From Thermoplasmata archaeon (lineage in GTDB: Archaea > Thermoplasmatota > Thermoplasmata > Thermoplasmatales > Thermoplasmataceae): DNA of 64,000 nucleotides. Under the pieces are notes generated by a model. The model ran no database searches. It was not told where the DNA came from and saw only the letters and a program-made list of their open reading frames with translations. Positions 36,920 through 46,489 of this stretch are shown here, piece after piece. How positions within the stretch are numbered: the first letter of the stretch is position 1; every line of letters starts with the position of its first letter. The position numbers and the translations under genes were made by a program. The stretch lies in contig JAKACH010000001.1 in the NCBI GenBank assembly GCA_021821635.1, positions 8,304-72,303 of the forward strand, written 5' to 3'.

Positions 36920-37753
36920 TCAGATCTGTACGGAAAACACGTACTCGGGAAGCTCCTGGAAAACCGATGCAAATATCTCCTCATGATTCTTGTACTGTTC
37001 CCTTATCATTATTGCTCTTTTTGGGACTGAATCAGGTGGTATGACCTTGTCAGGCTTGGCAGGATCGTCCACGTAATCGCTTTCAAGCATGAAATTCCAG
37101 ATATTTTCACGAATAGCGTTTCGCACGTTGTCCCTTGATGCAAGAATGGATCTGGATATTTCGGGGCATATTCTATTGAACTCCGGTGACGCGTGGTGTT
37201 TGACGACTTTCCTTGGATTGGGTCCTGCTCGAATGATCATTGTGTGAATGCCTTCCAATCCTGTCGGATCTAGATCTTCCGTATGGAGCACCACAGCACA
37301 CCCTATTTCCCTGGATAACTGCATGCAACGCTCAATTATCTCGTTTGAATCTTCTGTGACCCGATATTCTACAGGAAAGTGCGGTCTTCCTACTTCCCCT
37401 AATGCACTCGCCCGATTCTCCCTGCAGTATTTAGCAGCAAGTTCAACACCATGAAGCATCATCTGTTTGGCATTAAACCCGCCCTTTTCCCAGAAAAAAT
37501 AGTCAAGCGGGTATGGACCAAGCGTTACTGATACTTTCAACCCGCTTTGACGAGCCATATCTGCCAGTTGAATAGTGACCTCATACCGTCTTTCATAATA
37601 ATCTGAATATCCAATTGAATAATCTGGCAGATTTACAAGGTTAATTCCAGATCCACCTGATGCCTTGTACCTCTTGACAGCCTCTTTTCCATGCTCGCCT
37701 GGATTAAGGTGGAAGTGTGCGTCAAAAGCTCCAGGGATGACGGACGATCCCAT
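36920..37753 (-). CDS. TatD-related metal-dependent hydrolase (TIM barrel)
   Basis: 277 aa. It has the N-terminal 'AFDAHFHLNP' metal motif, 'VVLHTED' and 'VVKHHAS'. Confidence 0.65.
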   Translation of the reverse strand: MGSSVIPGAFDAHFHLNPGEHGKEAVKRYKASGGSGINLVNLPDYSIGYSDYYERRYEVTIQLADMARQSGLKVSVTLGPYPLDYFFWEKGGFNAKQMMLHGVELAAKYCRENRASALGEVGRPHFPVEYRVTEDSNEIIERCMQLSREIGCAVVLHTEDLDPTGLEGIHTMIIRAGPNPRKVVKHHASPEFNRICPEISRSILASRDNVRNAIRENIWNFMLESDYVDDPAKPDKVIPPDSVPKRAIMIREQYKNHEEIFASVFQELPEYVFSVQI

Positions 37754-37874
37754 TTCCAGATATCATGGCAAAAGGCTTATAAGTATGCTCCTTTAAAGTG
37801 CCCCCAAGTTGTATTGAAATTAATCAACAAAGCTTTATTATTCAAGATCCAATTTGCTGTGAAGGTGTTAGGCA

Positions 37875-38579
37875 ATGCAGCAAGGTCAAATGAACTATGA
37901 CAGAGCAATTACGGTCTTTTCCCCGGATGGGAGGTTATTTCAGGTTGAGTATGCGAGGGAGGCAGTCAAGAAAGGATCAACAGCACTTGGTCTTAAGTTT
38001 TCAAACGGGGTTGTTCTTATTTCCGACAGAAAGGTAAGGAGCAGGCTTGTAGAGCAGAACTCAGTTGAGAAAATACAGCTGATTGATGATTACGTAGCAG
38101 CAGTGACATCAGGTCTGGTTGCTGATGCCAGGGTCCTGATAGATTTCTCTAGAGTTGCGGCACAGCAGGAAAAAGTAACATACGGCGGCCTGATAAACAT
38201 GGAAAATCTTGTCCGCAAGGTGGCTGACCAGATGCAGCAGTACACCCAGTACGGTGGAGTCAGACCTTATGGTGTTTCGCTCATATACGCAGGAGTAGAC
38301 AGGATTGGGCCCAGGCTCTTCGACTGTGATCCAGCTGGAACAATAAACGAATACAAGGCAGTAGCCGTTGGATCAGGAAAGGATCAGGTAGTCGCATATC
38401 TTGAGAAAGAATACAAGGAAGACCTTAAGGAAAAAGAGGCGGTTGCTCTAGGCATTGCAGCCCTGAAGGTTGCACTTGAGGAAGAGGGAGGCGTCAAATC
38501 CCCCGAGATCGCAACCATTACTGTAGGTAACAAGTATTACTTCTACACAAAGGAAGAGGCTGCAAAATTCACTTCCTGA
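37875..38579 (+). CDS. psmA: proteasome subunit alpha
   Basis: 234 aa. '[39 protein letters not shown]...' closely matches the Thermoplasma PsmA sequence as I remember it. Confidence 0.95.
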   Translation: MQQGQMNYDRAITVFSPDGRLFQVEYAREAVKKGSTALGLKFSNGVVLISDRKVRSRLVEQNSVEKIQLIDDYVAAVTSGLVADARVLIDFSRVAAQQEKVTYGGLINMENLVRKVADQMQQYTQYGGVRPYGVSLIYAGVDRIGPRLFDCDPAGTINEYKAVAVGSGKDQVVAYLEKEYKEDLKEKEAVALGIAALKVALEEEGGVKSPEIATITVGNKYYFYTKEEAAKFTS

Positions 38580-38655
38580 AGAAAAAACCAGCCAAATCTT
38601 CATTTAAAATAACTTATCCAGACAACGTTGGTCTGGGAAGGTAGCATTCAAACAC

Positions 38656-38664
38656 TTTTTTTTT
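38656..38664 (+). terminator. oligo-T tract downstream of psmA
   Basis: A T9 run lies about 75 nt after the psmA stop and is preceded by the hairpin CCAGAC-aacgttg-GTCTGG. Archaeal termination commonly uses oligo-T. Confidence 0.4.
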
Positions 38665-38768
38665 GGATCTTTGACCAGAATCACTCATTTTATCTATCAT
38701 TAAAAGGAATCAAACTTATTGCATTCAGGTAAAGAATTAAATGTAAAAATTTTATACTCGCTGCAAAG

Positions 38769-39461
38769 ATGGTAAAAGTAGAGGACGCAATAGTTGCAAA
38801 GCTTGAGTCACACGGACACCGTTTTGAGATACTGGTTGATCCGGACGCTACGGACCGCATAAAGACCGGGGTTATTGACATAGACAAGGATCTGGCACTT
38901 GATCAGGTCTTCAAGGATTCAAGGAAGGGAGAGAAAGCAGGAGAAGAAACCCTTAAGGAGGTGTTCGGAACCACAGACATATCTCAGGTAGCAATTGAAA
39001 TAGTCAAGCGCGGAGAAATCCACCTTACGACTGAGCAAAGAAGGGAAATGCTCGAAAAAAAGAGAAAACAGATAGTCGAGATGATTGCCAGAGAAGCAAT
39101 AAACCCGCAGATGAACGCGCCGCATCCTCCTGCAAGAATACTTCAGGCAATGGAAGAATCAAAAGTGCATATAGACCCTTTCAAGAGTGCATCTGATCAG
39201 CTCCAGACTGTCCTTAAGGCGATAAAGCCGCTGATCCCGATACGGATGGAAAGGATCAAGATTGCGGTCAAGCTGGTGGGGGATGCCTACGGCAGGGTGT
39301 ATGGGGAACTTGCAAGAAGCGGATACATTGTCAAGGAGGAATGGGACCACTCCGGTGCATGGATTGGAATGCTTGAAATTCCCGCTGGAATGAGGGGGGA
39401 CATCCTGGATCTTATAAGCAGGAAAGGCAAGGAAGGCGCAGAAGTCAGATTGTTAAAATAA
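38769..39461 (+). CDS. SBDS/Sdo1 family ribosome maturation protein
   Basis: 230 aa. '[23 protein letters not shown]' is the FYSH domain opening. The position after psmA is the conserved archaeal arrangement. Confidence 0.9.
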   Translation: MVKVEDAIVAKLESHGHRFEILVDPDATDRIKTGVIDIDKDLALDQVFKDSRKGEKAGEETLKEVFGTTDISQVAIEIVKRGEIHLTTEQRREMLEKKRKQIVEMIAREAINPQMNAPHPPARILQAMEESKVHIDPFKSASDQLQTVLKAIKPLIPIRMERIKIAVKLVGDAYGRVYGELARSGYIVKEEWDHSGAWIGMLEIPAGMRGDILDLISRKGKEGAEVRLLK

Positions 39462-39463
39462 GT

Positions 39464-40003
39464 TCAGCTGGCAATCTTGGGGTCTATCCAGTAGGTCATC
39501 AAGATATCGTCCACGTATTCTCCGTTTATTATGAACTGGGACTTTCTGGCACCTTCCTGAACGAATCCAATTTTCCTATAGGTTTCTATTGCGTTAACAT
39601 TGGTTGAGAATACTTCCAGATTAACCTTTTTTATCCCGTTCTCCCCAGCCCAGCGCAGTGCCTCCCTTATAAGACCAGATCCGATACCCTGCTTCCTGTA
39701 CCCGTTCATCACTGCTATTCCAAGGTTTGCAGTATGCCTGTTCTTCTTATACACTCCTCTCTGGAGAGTCAGCACTCCAGGTATCTTATCTCCTATTGAA
39801 GCAACAAGCGTCAGATCATCAGGATTGCGGAGCCTCTCCTGCTCCCCCCGCTCCGTGTACAGATAATATTCACTGACAAAATATATGTGCTCGTCCATAA
39901 CGCTCTGCATGCACTCTATTATCTTCTTGGCATCTCTGGGCTCTGCCTTTCTTATCAAGAGCATGTCTGCAGGTGACTCTACATGTTTTCGGATCAAAGA
40001 CAA
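39464..40003 (-). CDS. GNAT family N-acetyltransferase
   Basis: 179 aa. The acetyl-CoA motif is 'GYRKQGIGSGLIREAL', followed by 'LEVFSTNVNAIETYRKIGF'. Confidence 0.85.
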   Translation of the reverse strand: MSLIRKHVESPADMLLIRKAEPRDAKKIIECMQSVMDEHIYFVSEYYLYTERGEQERLRNPDDLTLVASIGDKIPGVLTLQRGVYKKNRHTANLGIAVMNGYRKQGIGSGLIREALRWAGENGIKKVNLEVFSTNVNAIETYRKIGFVQEGARKSQFIINGEYVDDILMTYWIDPKIAS

Positions 40004-40004
40004 T

Positions 40005-40334
40005 TCAGTTCTCTCTCAGTACGTTCATCAATCTCTTCAGGACACTTGATATGTCCTTTGATATTTTTTGAACGTTCTCGGCAATCTGTTTATGACTTCT
40101 CGTAAAGCTTGCAGTCAAGACTGCACCCTCACGGGAAGGCTTTATCACGCCATTCTTTTCAAGTATCCTGAGGGAGTATCGAACCTTATGCTCCGGAAGA
40201 TCTGTTATCTGGGATAGTTTGATTATTCCAGCGGGCTGCGATTCACGCAGTGCCTCAATTATGGAAATATGCCTGGCTAGCCTATCCACGTCTTCGACAA
40301 GTTCTCCCAAAATAACATGCTGCTTCTTCTGCAT
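40005..40334 (-). CDS. winged-helix transcriptional regulator
   Basis: 109 aa. 'IIKLSQITDLPEHKVRYSLRILEKNGVIKPSREG' is wHTH-like. Its stop lies 1 nt from the GNAT start. Confidence 0.65.
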   Translation of the reverse strand: MQKKQHVILGELVEDVDRLARHISIIEALRESQPAGIIKLSQITDLPEHKVRYSLRILEKNGVIKPSREGAVLTASFTRSHKQIAENVQKISKDISSVLKRLMNVLREN

Positions 40335-40395
40335 GTATACCTTAAAGCGTTCTAAAAATAAATAATTGCTTACTGATTAGGCATATCTGCAGGGT

Positions 40396-40608
40396 TCAGG
40401 GATAAATTGTCTTACCGCCTTCTGTTACTGAAACATTCTTGCCAATCATTTTCTCTATTGCAGCTACCCTCTGCGAGATGTATTCATCAAATTTATCCGG
40501 TTGGTCCGAAACTGCCCTAATCTTCACCGCCTGGTATCTCAGCGCTATCTGCAGGCGTAGCTTAAAAGCTTCATCGGAGCCGAGCGATCCAATGTCTATG
40601 GATTTCAA
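40396..40608 (-). CDS. hypothetical small protein
   Basis: A 70-aa ORF on the same strand as the downstream wHTH-GNAT pair. I recognise no motif. Confidence 0.35.
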   Translation of the reverse strand: MKSIDIGSLGSDEAFKLRLQIALRYQAVKIRAVSDQPDKFDEYISQRVAAIEKMIGKNVSVTEGGKTIYP

Positions 40609-40798
40609 TAGTGCATAATGAGATACTTGGCTAAAGCTTTTCCAGCTTCATGTCTGAAGCTTATAGGGATGATGGGGCAGATATGCCAGTGGTATAATAT
40701 GTTCCTTCCTACCAAGCAATAAACGCAAGCGACCTATAGACCAAGATAACAATCAGAAAGTAAATCATTATTTTTTGTTTGGGCATAACCTCATTGCA

Positions 40799-42238
40799 AT
40801 GAAGGTCGAATTCCATAAAGTGAATAATTACAGATATTCTGCATACGATGAGAGCAGAATGAATGTCCCTGCTGAGGTATTTGCATCCGATGCAATTATG
40901 GAAGCAGCGAAGCGCGACAGTTCCCTGAACCAGCTCCTCAACATCACTTCACTGCCCGGCATCGTCGGGAGGGCAATTGCGATGCCAGATATCCACCAGG
41001 GATACGGTTTCCCAATAGGCGGAGTCGCATTATTCGACTTTGATGAAGGACTCGTCTCACCTGGTGGAGTTGGATATGACATTAATTGTGGCGTCATACT
41101 TATACGGACCGGGCTTGCCGAGAAGGAGGTCTCTCCTTACCTAAAGGATCTTGTTGATTCGCTTTTCAGGGAAATTCCTGTCGGGTTCAACAAAGCAGGA
41201 TTACGGAATGTCTCTCATCATGACCTGGAGCAAATCTGCCTTTCTGGTGTGCGCTGGTCAATTGACAAGGGATACATAGCAGACGAGGATTCGCAGAAGA
41301 TGGAAGACCGGGGATCATTGGCAGTGGAAAGCACCTCGGCAATTTCTGAAAGAGCAAAGGCAAGAGGACTGAACCAGTTGCTTTCCATAGGATCCGGCAA
41401 CCACTTTGTAGAAATACAGAAGGTGGAAAAAATATTGGACAATCCAGCAGCGTCAAAACTCGGACTTTTCGAGGGTGAAGTAATGATCATGGCCCACACT
41501 GGATCGCGTGGTCTCGGCCATCAGGTTGCAACCGATTACCTGAAAGCCCTCTCAGACAGGCCTGAAGGGGTCATTATGCACCCTGAAGACAGCCAGTTGA
41601 TGTCGGCGCATATCAAGTCAAAGATCGCTCGTGACTATCTGGAGGCAATGAACGGTGCCGCAAACTTTGCTTTTGCAAACAGATCACTTATTCTTTGGAA
41701 GGTGAGGCAGATTTTTTCCCAGGTTTTCCATATTCCCAAGGATGATACATCAATTCAGCTGGTATATGCCATCTCGCATAACATGGCAAAAATCGAGGAT
41801 CACATTATTTCCGGCAAACGGCAGAAAGTGATCATTCACCGCAAAGGAGCCACCAGGGCATTTTCATCTGAAAATCCCTCAGTACAAGGGATATTTAAGG
41901 AAACAGGTCAGCCCGTGATAGTACCCGGTGACATGGGCACAGCCTCCTATCTCCTGACTGCAAGCAAAGGGAACGACGCAATATCGTATGAATCATCTTG
42001 TCACGGGGCAGGAAGGACTATGAGCAGACACCAGGCAACTTCCAGATTCACTTACACCGAAGTATCTGGCAACCTTGAATCCATGGGGATCGAGGTCAGG
42101 TCTGCCAGTAAAAAAGGCCTTGTCGAGGAAGCTCCAGGGAGTTACAAGGACATAGAAGGAGTGATAGAAGTCATATCAAGATCTGAAATATCGAAGCCTA
42201 CCTGCAGGCTCAAGCCGCTTGGGGTGATTAAGGGATGA
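40799..42238 (+). CDS. rtcB: RNA-splicing ligase RtcB
   Basis: 'GYDINCGV', 'GSGNHFVEIQ', 'HTGSRGLGHQ' and 'SCHGAGR'. The tracked ORF starts at TTG 40775, but ATG 40799 (MKVEFHKV) is more likely. Confidence 0.95.
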   Translation: MKVEFHKVNNYRYSAYDESRMNVPAEVFASDAIMEAAKRDSSLNQLLNITSLPGIVGRAIAMPDIHQGYGFPIGGVALFDFDEGLVSPGGVGYDINCGVILIRTGLAEKEVSPYLKDLVDSLFREIPVGFNKAGLRNVSHHDLEQICLSGVRWSIDKGYIADEDSQKMEDRGSLAVESTSAISERAKARGLNQLLSIGSGNHFVEIQKVEKILDNPAASKLGLFEGEVMIMAHTGSRGLGHQVATDYLKALSDRPEGVIMHPEDSQLMSAHIKSKIARDYLEAMNGAANFAFANRSLILWKVRQIFSQVFHIPKDDTSIQLVYAISHNMAKIEDHIISGKRQKVIIHRKGATRAFSSENPSVQGIFKETGQPVIVPGDMGTASYLLTASKGNDAISYESSCHGAGRTMSRHQATSRFTYTEVSGNLESMGIEVRSASKKGLVEEAPGSYKDIEGVIEVISRSEISKPTCRLKPLGVIKG

Positions 42239-43266
42239 CAATCCAGATAAGAACCACCGAGGTATCAGGTCATATATTCTGGCAACACAGAATGCAGAAG
42301 GGAACACTCAAATTAGACGGAGAAAACCTTGTCTTTTCAAGGAATATACCAAACTCGCCAGCTTTTACTGGCACAGTGATCCCTGCCCCATTCAATTCCC
42401 ATGTGCACATTTCGGACTCATTCATTAAAGATGAACCACCATCAAATCTTCGTGAGTCTGTAGGACCCGGCGGCTTCAAACATGCATCTCTCAATAGGGC
42501 AAGCAGTTCTGAAAAGGAGAAAGGAATAAGAGAATCATTAGAGGTAATGAACAGAACAGGCAGCTTTGGTTTCTGTGATTTCAGGGAAGATGGTGTTGAT
42601 GGCACAAAACTTGGAAGAAACATGGGAAAAGATCAGGTAAAGGTCATACTTGGGCGGCCTAGGAATATCGGAGAGATAGAGCAGGTACTCAGGTCTTCCG
42701 ACGGCATAGCAATGAGCTCTATTATCGATGATAACTCCGAGCTTTTAAGATTGTCTGCAGTCAGGGCGCACAGGGATGGAAAATTGTTTGCTTTGCACCT
42801 CAGCGAAGCCGAAAGGGAGGACGCATCTGCGGCAATCCTATTAAATCCGGATTTCCTTGTGCATTGTGGATTCTGTAGCCATTCTGATCTAGCTATGATC
42901 AGCAAAAAGGGTATTTCTATCGCAATTACTCCAAGATCAAATGTATTTTACGGCATCAGGGTGGATTACTCCCGGTTCATTGAAGCCGGAATAAACGTTA
43001 TGTTGGGCACCGATAACTGCATGGTTGTAAACCCTGATTTATTTGCTGAGATGAGCTTTTTGTACCTAAATGCAAAGTACACAAAAAGGATAGATCCTGA
43101 GACAATAATATCGATTGCGACCCTTAACTGGCGGAAAACTTTCTCTATTGCCAATGCCGTACTTAAAAATAAATTTCTCTTTTTCAGATCAAAGCTTATG
43201 ACACCGTATGAGGTGGTTATGCGTTCTTCAGGCGAAAAATTTTCGCGAATTGAAATGAAATACTGA
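42235..43266 (+). CDS. amidohydrolase-superfamily protein (chlorohydrolase/deaminase-like)
   Basis: 343 aa. The metal ligand motifs are 'FNSHVHISD', 'ALHLSE' and 'LGTDN'. It has a 4-nt overlap with rtcB. Confidence 0.7.
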   Translation: MTIQIRTTEVSGHIFWQHRMQKGTLKLDGENLVFSRNIPNSPAFTGTVIPAPFNSHVHISDSFIKDEPPSNLRESVGPGGFKHASLNRASSSEKEKGIRESLEVMNRTGSFGFCDFREDGVDGTKLGRNMGKDQVKVILGRPRNIGEIEQVLRSSDGIAMSSIIDDNSELLRLSAVRAHRDGKLFALHLSEAEREDASAAILLNPDFLVHCGFCSHSDLAMISKKGISIAITPRSNVFYGIRVDYSRFIEAGINVMLGTDNCMVVNPDLFAEMSFLYLNAKYTKRIDPETIISIATLNWRKTFSIANAVLKNKFLFFRSKLMTPYEVVMRSSGEKFSRIEMKY

Positions 43267-43370
43267 CCTCACTAAGGATGCCTAAAAATTGCCATTTTGG
43301 GGTTTTAGAGGAACAATCTCGAGTGTTATAAGGCGGTCAAAAACGTTTATATTATGTTTTTTACTTCCCC

Positions 43371-46292
43371 GTGAAGAGGACGATCCTATTGAAAAGGAAC
43401 ATAATAATAGCGATATTACTAACGACAATGATGCTGCTTGGAGCAGTCGTCATTACTAGTAATTCCTACGCAGTAACACCGAAAACAGGGATAGTAAATG
43501 AGCACATATTTTATGCGGAGAATGGAAACACAATATCCAATGCAAACGCCTCAACTGTTACAAATATATACAATTACCAGGGAGTCCTCGTATCAAGTTC
43601 AACAGGAGCTAGCGTTTCATTTAATCTTACATATGGAAGCTACCAGCTCGTCGTTCAGCCACTCTTTGGTAACGTTGCAGGATTTGGTTATGTAATTGCC
43701 AGCCAGCTTTACTATAATCTGACAGTTGGTAAAGCAACCACATTGCTGAACCTGACAGTTCCTGTGGCTTCAACATCAACACATAGCTTCTCCATTACTG
43801 GATTGTCTCCATCAAGTGCAACCGTATCTTTCATAGATTCCAGTGGATTTGTTTTCAATACAATAACCACGAATGGTACCGCAAGGAATGTCAGCCTCCC
43901 GAGTGGACCACTTACTGTCAGGGTATACTATGATGGTGCATACTTCCAGTACAGCGTGAACGTAGTCGGCACATCTCCTGTATCTGTCTCAATAACTGGG
44001 CAGCAAGATATATTCGGCTATGTGACAAGCAGCACAGGCGCAACGATCAGCTCAGTAAATGTTGTGGTGCTAAACAAGACCTCGCTTTCATATAACACAC
44101 AGCAGTTCACTGGTGATCAGTACACCGTCTTCTCAAACAACTGGACAGACAGTGTTGTTGTGATATCATCGCCGGGATACGCTCCATACCAGTTGTATCC
44201 AGTCAAGGCGGGACCAAATTCAGTGGTTCTTACGCCGTCAAACTCAACGATAACCACATCATATGCACTGTCTAAGAACCCATCATACCTTAATGTCTCC
44301 ATAACATATTCTCTGAGTAACTCTACACCAATTCCAAATCTACCGAACGCCAGTGTAGGTTCACTTTACTGGCAGGAGATCCTTGATCATTTCACCACTT
44401 CTTATCTCAATACCTACCTGACCTCACAGTTTCTTAACTATACCAACTCCACAATAATGGTTGGTTCCTACAACTACGCGTTGCAAACAGCAAAAGTGAG
44501 CGGATCCGTGACACTTACTGCATCCACTTTCTCTGCGACAGTTGATGCTGCGTATTACAACAACGCGGTTACTACTTCTGTATACAAGCCGCCTCTGGCT
44601 GTTAAGATATACGGTCTTGCAACAGTCAATGAACCTGGAAAACTGCAGTATCTTTACCAGTTCTCATACAGTAACTCAAGTCTTGGACTTGCAAGTTCTT
44701 CTGTTACTGTGACATCATACACCTCACCAATCAAAGTCAGCGCTTTATCCTCCACAGGATTTTTCACACTGAACTTTGGGTCCCTGAAACTTCCTACTTT
44801 CATAAATGCAAACATGGGCCTGTCCTGGAAGGGCCTTACCTCAAGTCAGTACATGCTTAACTCCACCCAGAAAAACACAGTATTTGTCGTCCCGACGAAC
44901 ACATCAGTTTCTATCAATGTCTCAAACGCTTTCTACAACCCTGTTACTGGGCAGAGTAACTACCTCTTTTCCAACTTCACCTGGACAATAAATGGAAAAA
45001 GCGTTGTTTATGGCTACAATATTTCATATAACTTTGGAACCACATTGAAGAGCACTGTGAACATAACAGGTGTCAGTGCTTCGAACCAGACAAACAAGAC
45101 ATCTTTCACTGTTTATGCATATGATGGAACACCGCTTGCAAACTATACAATAAGTTACAGCGGTAAGTCTCCTTACAGAGGAAACACCTCCACAACGTCA
45201 ACCTCACCGGTTCCGATATCTGTTCCACAGCTTACTCCAATATCTTTCAGCGCATACAATTCTTCCCTTACCATACCGGGAACAAGCTACAAGATGTTCC
45301 TTGAATACAACTGGAACTTTACAAACTTCACATCTGCATCGCCTAACGCAACCAACAGGTTCCCCACCCCTACACTGAATGGAACAACTCTTCCAGGAAA
45401 CCTGACGGTTACTGGAGTCACAGGCGGATCCACAAAAGTGTACTTTGCAGTCAATGTAACAGTAACTACGCCACCATCACCGGCAATAAATGTCTACAAT
45501 GTGACAAACACAAAGCTTTCCATAATCAACCCGGTATCCGGTGTTAGTGTACTGCTTTCGGGTAACGCCACAACTGATCCATATTTCCCCATCTCGGAAC
45601 TTTCATTCAACTGGTCATTCTCATACCAGAATGGCACAAAGATTGGATACAATTCAGCAGCTATTCCATTTGTATCCGGAAGTTTCAATGGCACATGGGT
45701 AGTTGTTAAATTCAACACTCTGCAGAACGTGGTTGTGACTCTAAAGGTTACACATAATGGCGTCTCAGGTTACTTGAACAGAACGCTTACAATGCTTGTT
45801 AACACACCAAGGCTTGTGGTGAACTCGATCTACGTGGCTGGAAAGCTTGTACAGGGGAGCACCTCAACTATATACATCAATGTTACTAACAAGGGAAATG
45901 AAAACACGACAAACTTCAAGATCTGGATAGTTGTCAACGGAGTCACTGTTGCACAGCAGACATATACCAATGAACCACTCAACGTGTCTCAGACCAGAAA
46001 CCTGTCTTTCAACTGGTCTCCAAACCTCAAGGGAAGCCTGAATATCGAAGTTCTTGCCAACAATACAAGCGAACCGACATACTTTAACCAACTGGGTGCG
46101 TACACCACAACAGTATCTGTCTCTCCCCCGGCCTATACCACTCCGCTGATTGTTATAGGTATAATTGCTGTTATAGTGGTAATATTCCTGGGATACTACA
46201 GGTTTGCAACAAGAGGATCAAGAGCGTCAAAGACCGAGACGAAACCAAAGATTCAGATCCCCGAGCAGAAGAAGCTGGAAAAGAAAAAATAA
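43371..46292 (+). CDS. giant membrane-anchored surface glycoprotein (973 aa) with PKD-like and CARDB-like Ig-fold repeats
   Basis: It has a GTG start and an N-terminal anchor/signal 'IIIAILLTTMMLLGAVVITSNSYA'. PKD-like segments include 'FSNFTWTINGKSVVYGYNISYNF...' and 'LSFNWSFSYQNGT...'. The CARDB-like segment is 'STIYINVTNKGNENTTNFKIWIVVNG'. The C-terminal TM is 'LIVIGIIAVIVVIFLGYY' followed by a Lys-rich tail. Confidence 0.8.
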   Translation: MKRTILLKRNIIIAILLTTMMLLGAVVITSNSYAVTPKTGIVNEHIFYAENGNTISNANASTVTNIYNYQGVLVSSSTGASVSFNLTYGSYQLVVQPLFGNVAGFGYVIASQLYYNLTVGKATTLLNLTVPVASTSTHSFSITGLSPSSATVSFIDSSGFVFNTITTNGTARNVSLPSGPLTVRVYYDGAYFQYSVNVVGTSPVSVSITGQQDIFGYVTSSTGATISSVNVVVLNKTSLSYNTQQFTGDQYTVFSNNWTDSVVVISSPGYAPYQLYPVKAGPNSVVLTPSNSTITTSYALSKNPSYLNVSITYSLSNSTPIPNLPNASVGSLYWQEILDHFTTSYLNTYLTSQFLNYTNSTIMVGSYNYALQTAKVSGSVTLTASTFSATVDAAYYNNAVTTSVYKPPLAVKIYGLATVNEPGKLQYLYQFSYSNSSLGLASSSVTVTSYTSPIKVSALSSTGFFTLNFGSLKLPTFINANMGLSWKGLTSSQYMLNSTQKNTVFVVPTNTSVSINVSNAFYNPVTGQSNYLFSNFTWTINGKSVVYGYNISYNFGTTLKSTVNITGVSASNQTNKTSFTVYAYDGTPLANYTISYSGKSPYRGNTSTTSTSPVPISVPQLTPISFSAYNSSLTIPGTSYKMFLEYNWNFTNFTSASPNATNRFPTPTLNGTTLPGNLTVTGVTGGSTKVYFAVNVTVTTPPSPAINVYNVTNTKLSIINPVSGVSVLLSGNATTDPYFPISELSFNWSFSYQNGTKIGYNSAAIPFVSGSFNGTWVVVKFNTLQNVVVTLKVTHNGVSGYLNRTLTMLVNTPRLVVNSIYVAGKLVQGSTSTIYINVTNKGNENTTNFKIWIVVNGVTVAQQTYTNEPLNVSQTRNLSFNWSPNLKGSLNIEVLANNTSEPTYFNQLGAYTTTVSVSPPAYTTPLIVIGIIAVIVVIFLGYYRFATRGSRASKTETKPKIQIPEQKKLEKKK

Positions 46293-46294
46293 TC

Positions 46295-46316
46295 ATGGGT
46301 GTTTTTTTTAACCCAT
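46295..46316 (+). terminator. hairpin with a T8 loop immediately after the giant-gene stop
   Basis: ATGGGT-gtttttttta-ACCCAT starts 3 nt after TAA (46290-46292). The T8 run is at 46302-46309. Confidence 0.45.
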
Positions 46317-46489
46317 ATTCATAATTTTATTTACTTGAATCAAAGATAGTTTTGATGAAGTTTCTCTCGGATCATTCTTTTTGGAATTGAATGCACTGTT
46401 CCCTGTCCGTAAATTGACACCTGATTCTGTTCAATCTTTACACAATCTTGACAAGATGCTACTTTTGGTCAAAAAGATCCCAACGAAAC

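Noticed and set aside
46353-46424. A possible C/D box sRNA with UGAUGA at 46353-46358 and CUGA at 46421-46424 in the argS/giant-gene spacer
   Set aside because: I could find no internal C'/D' boxes and no terminal pairing flanking the boxes. The 62-nt spacing is long for archaeal C/D sRNAs. The two short motifs are expected by chance.
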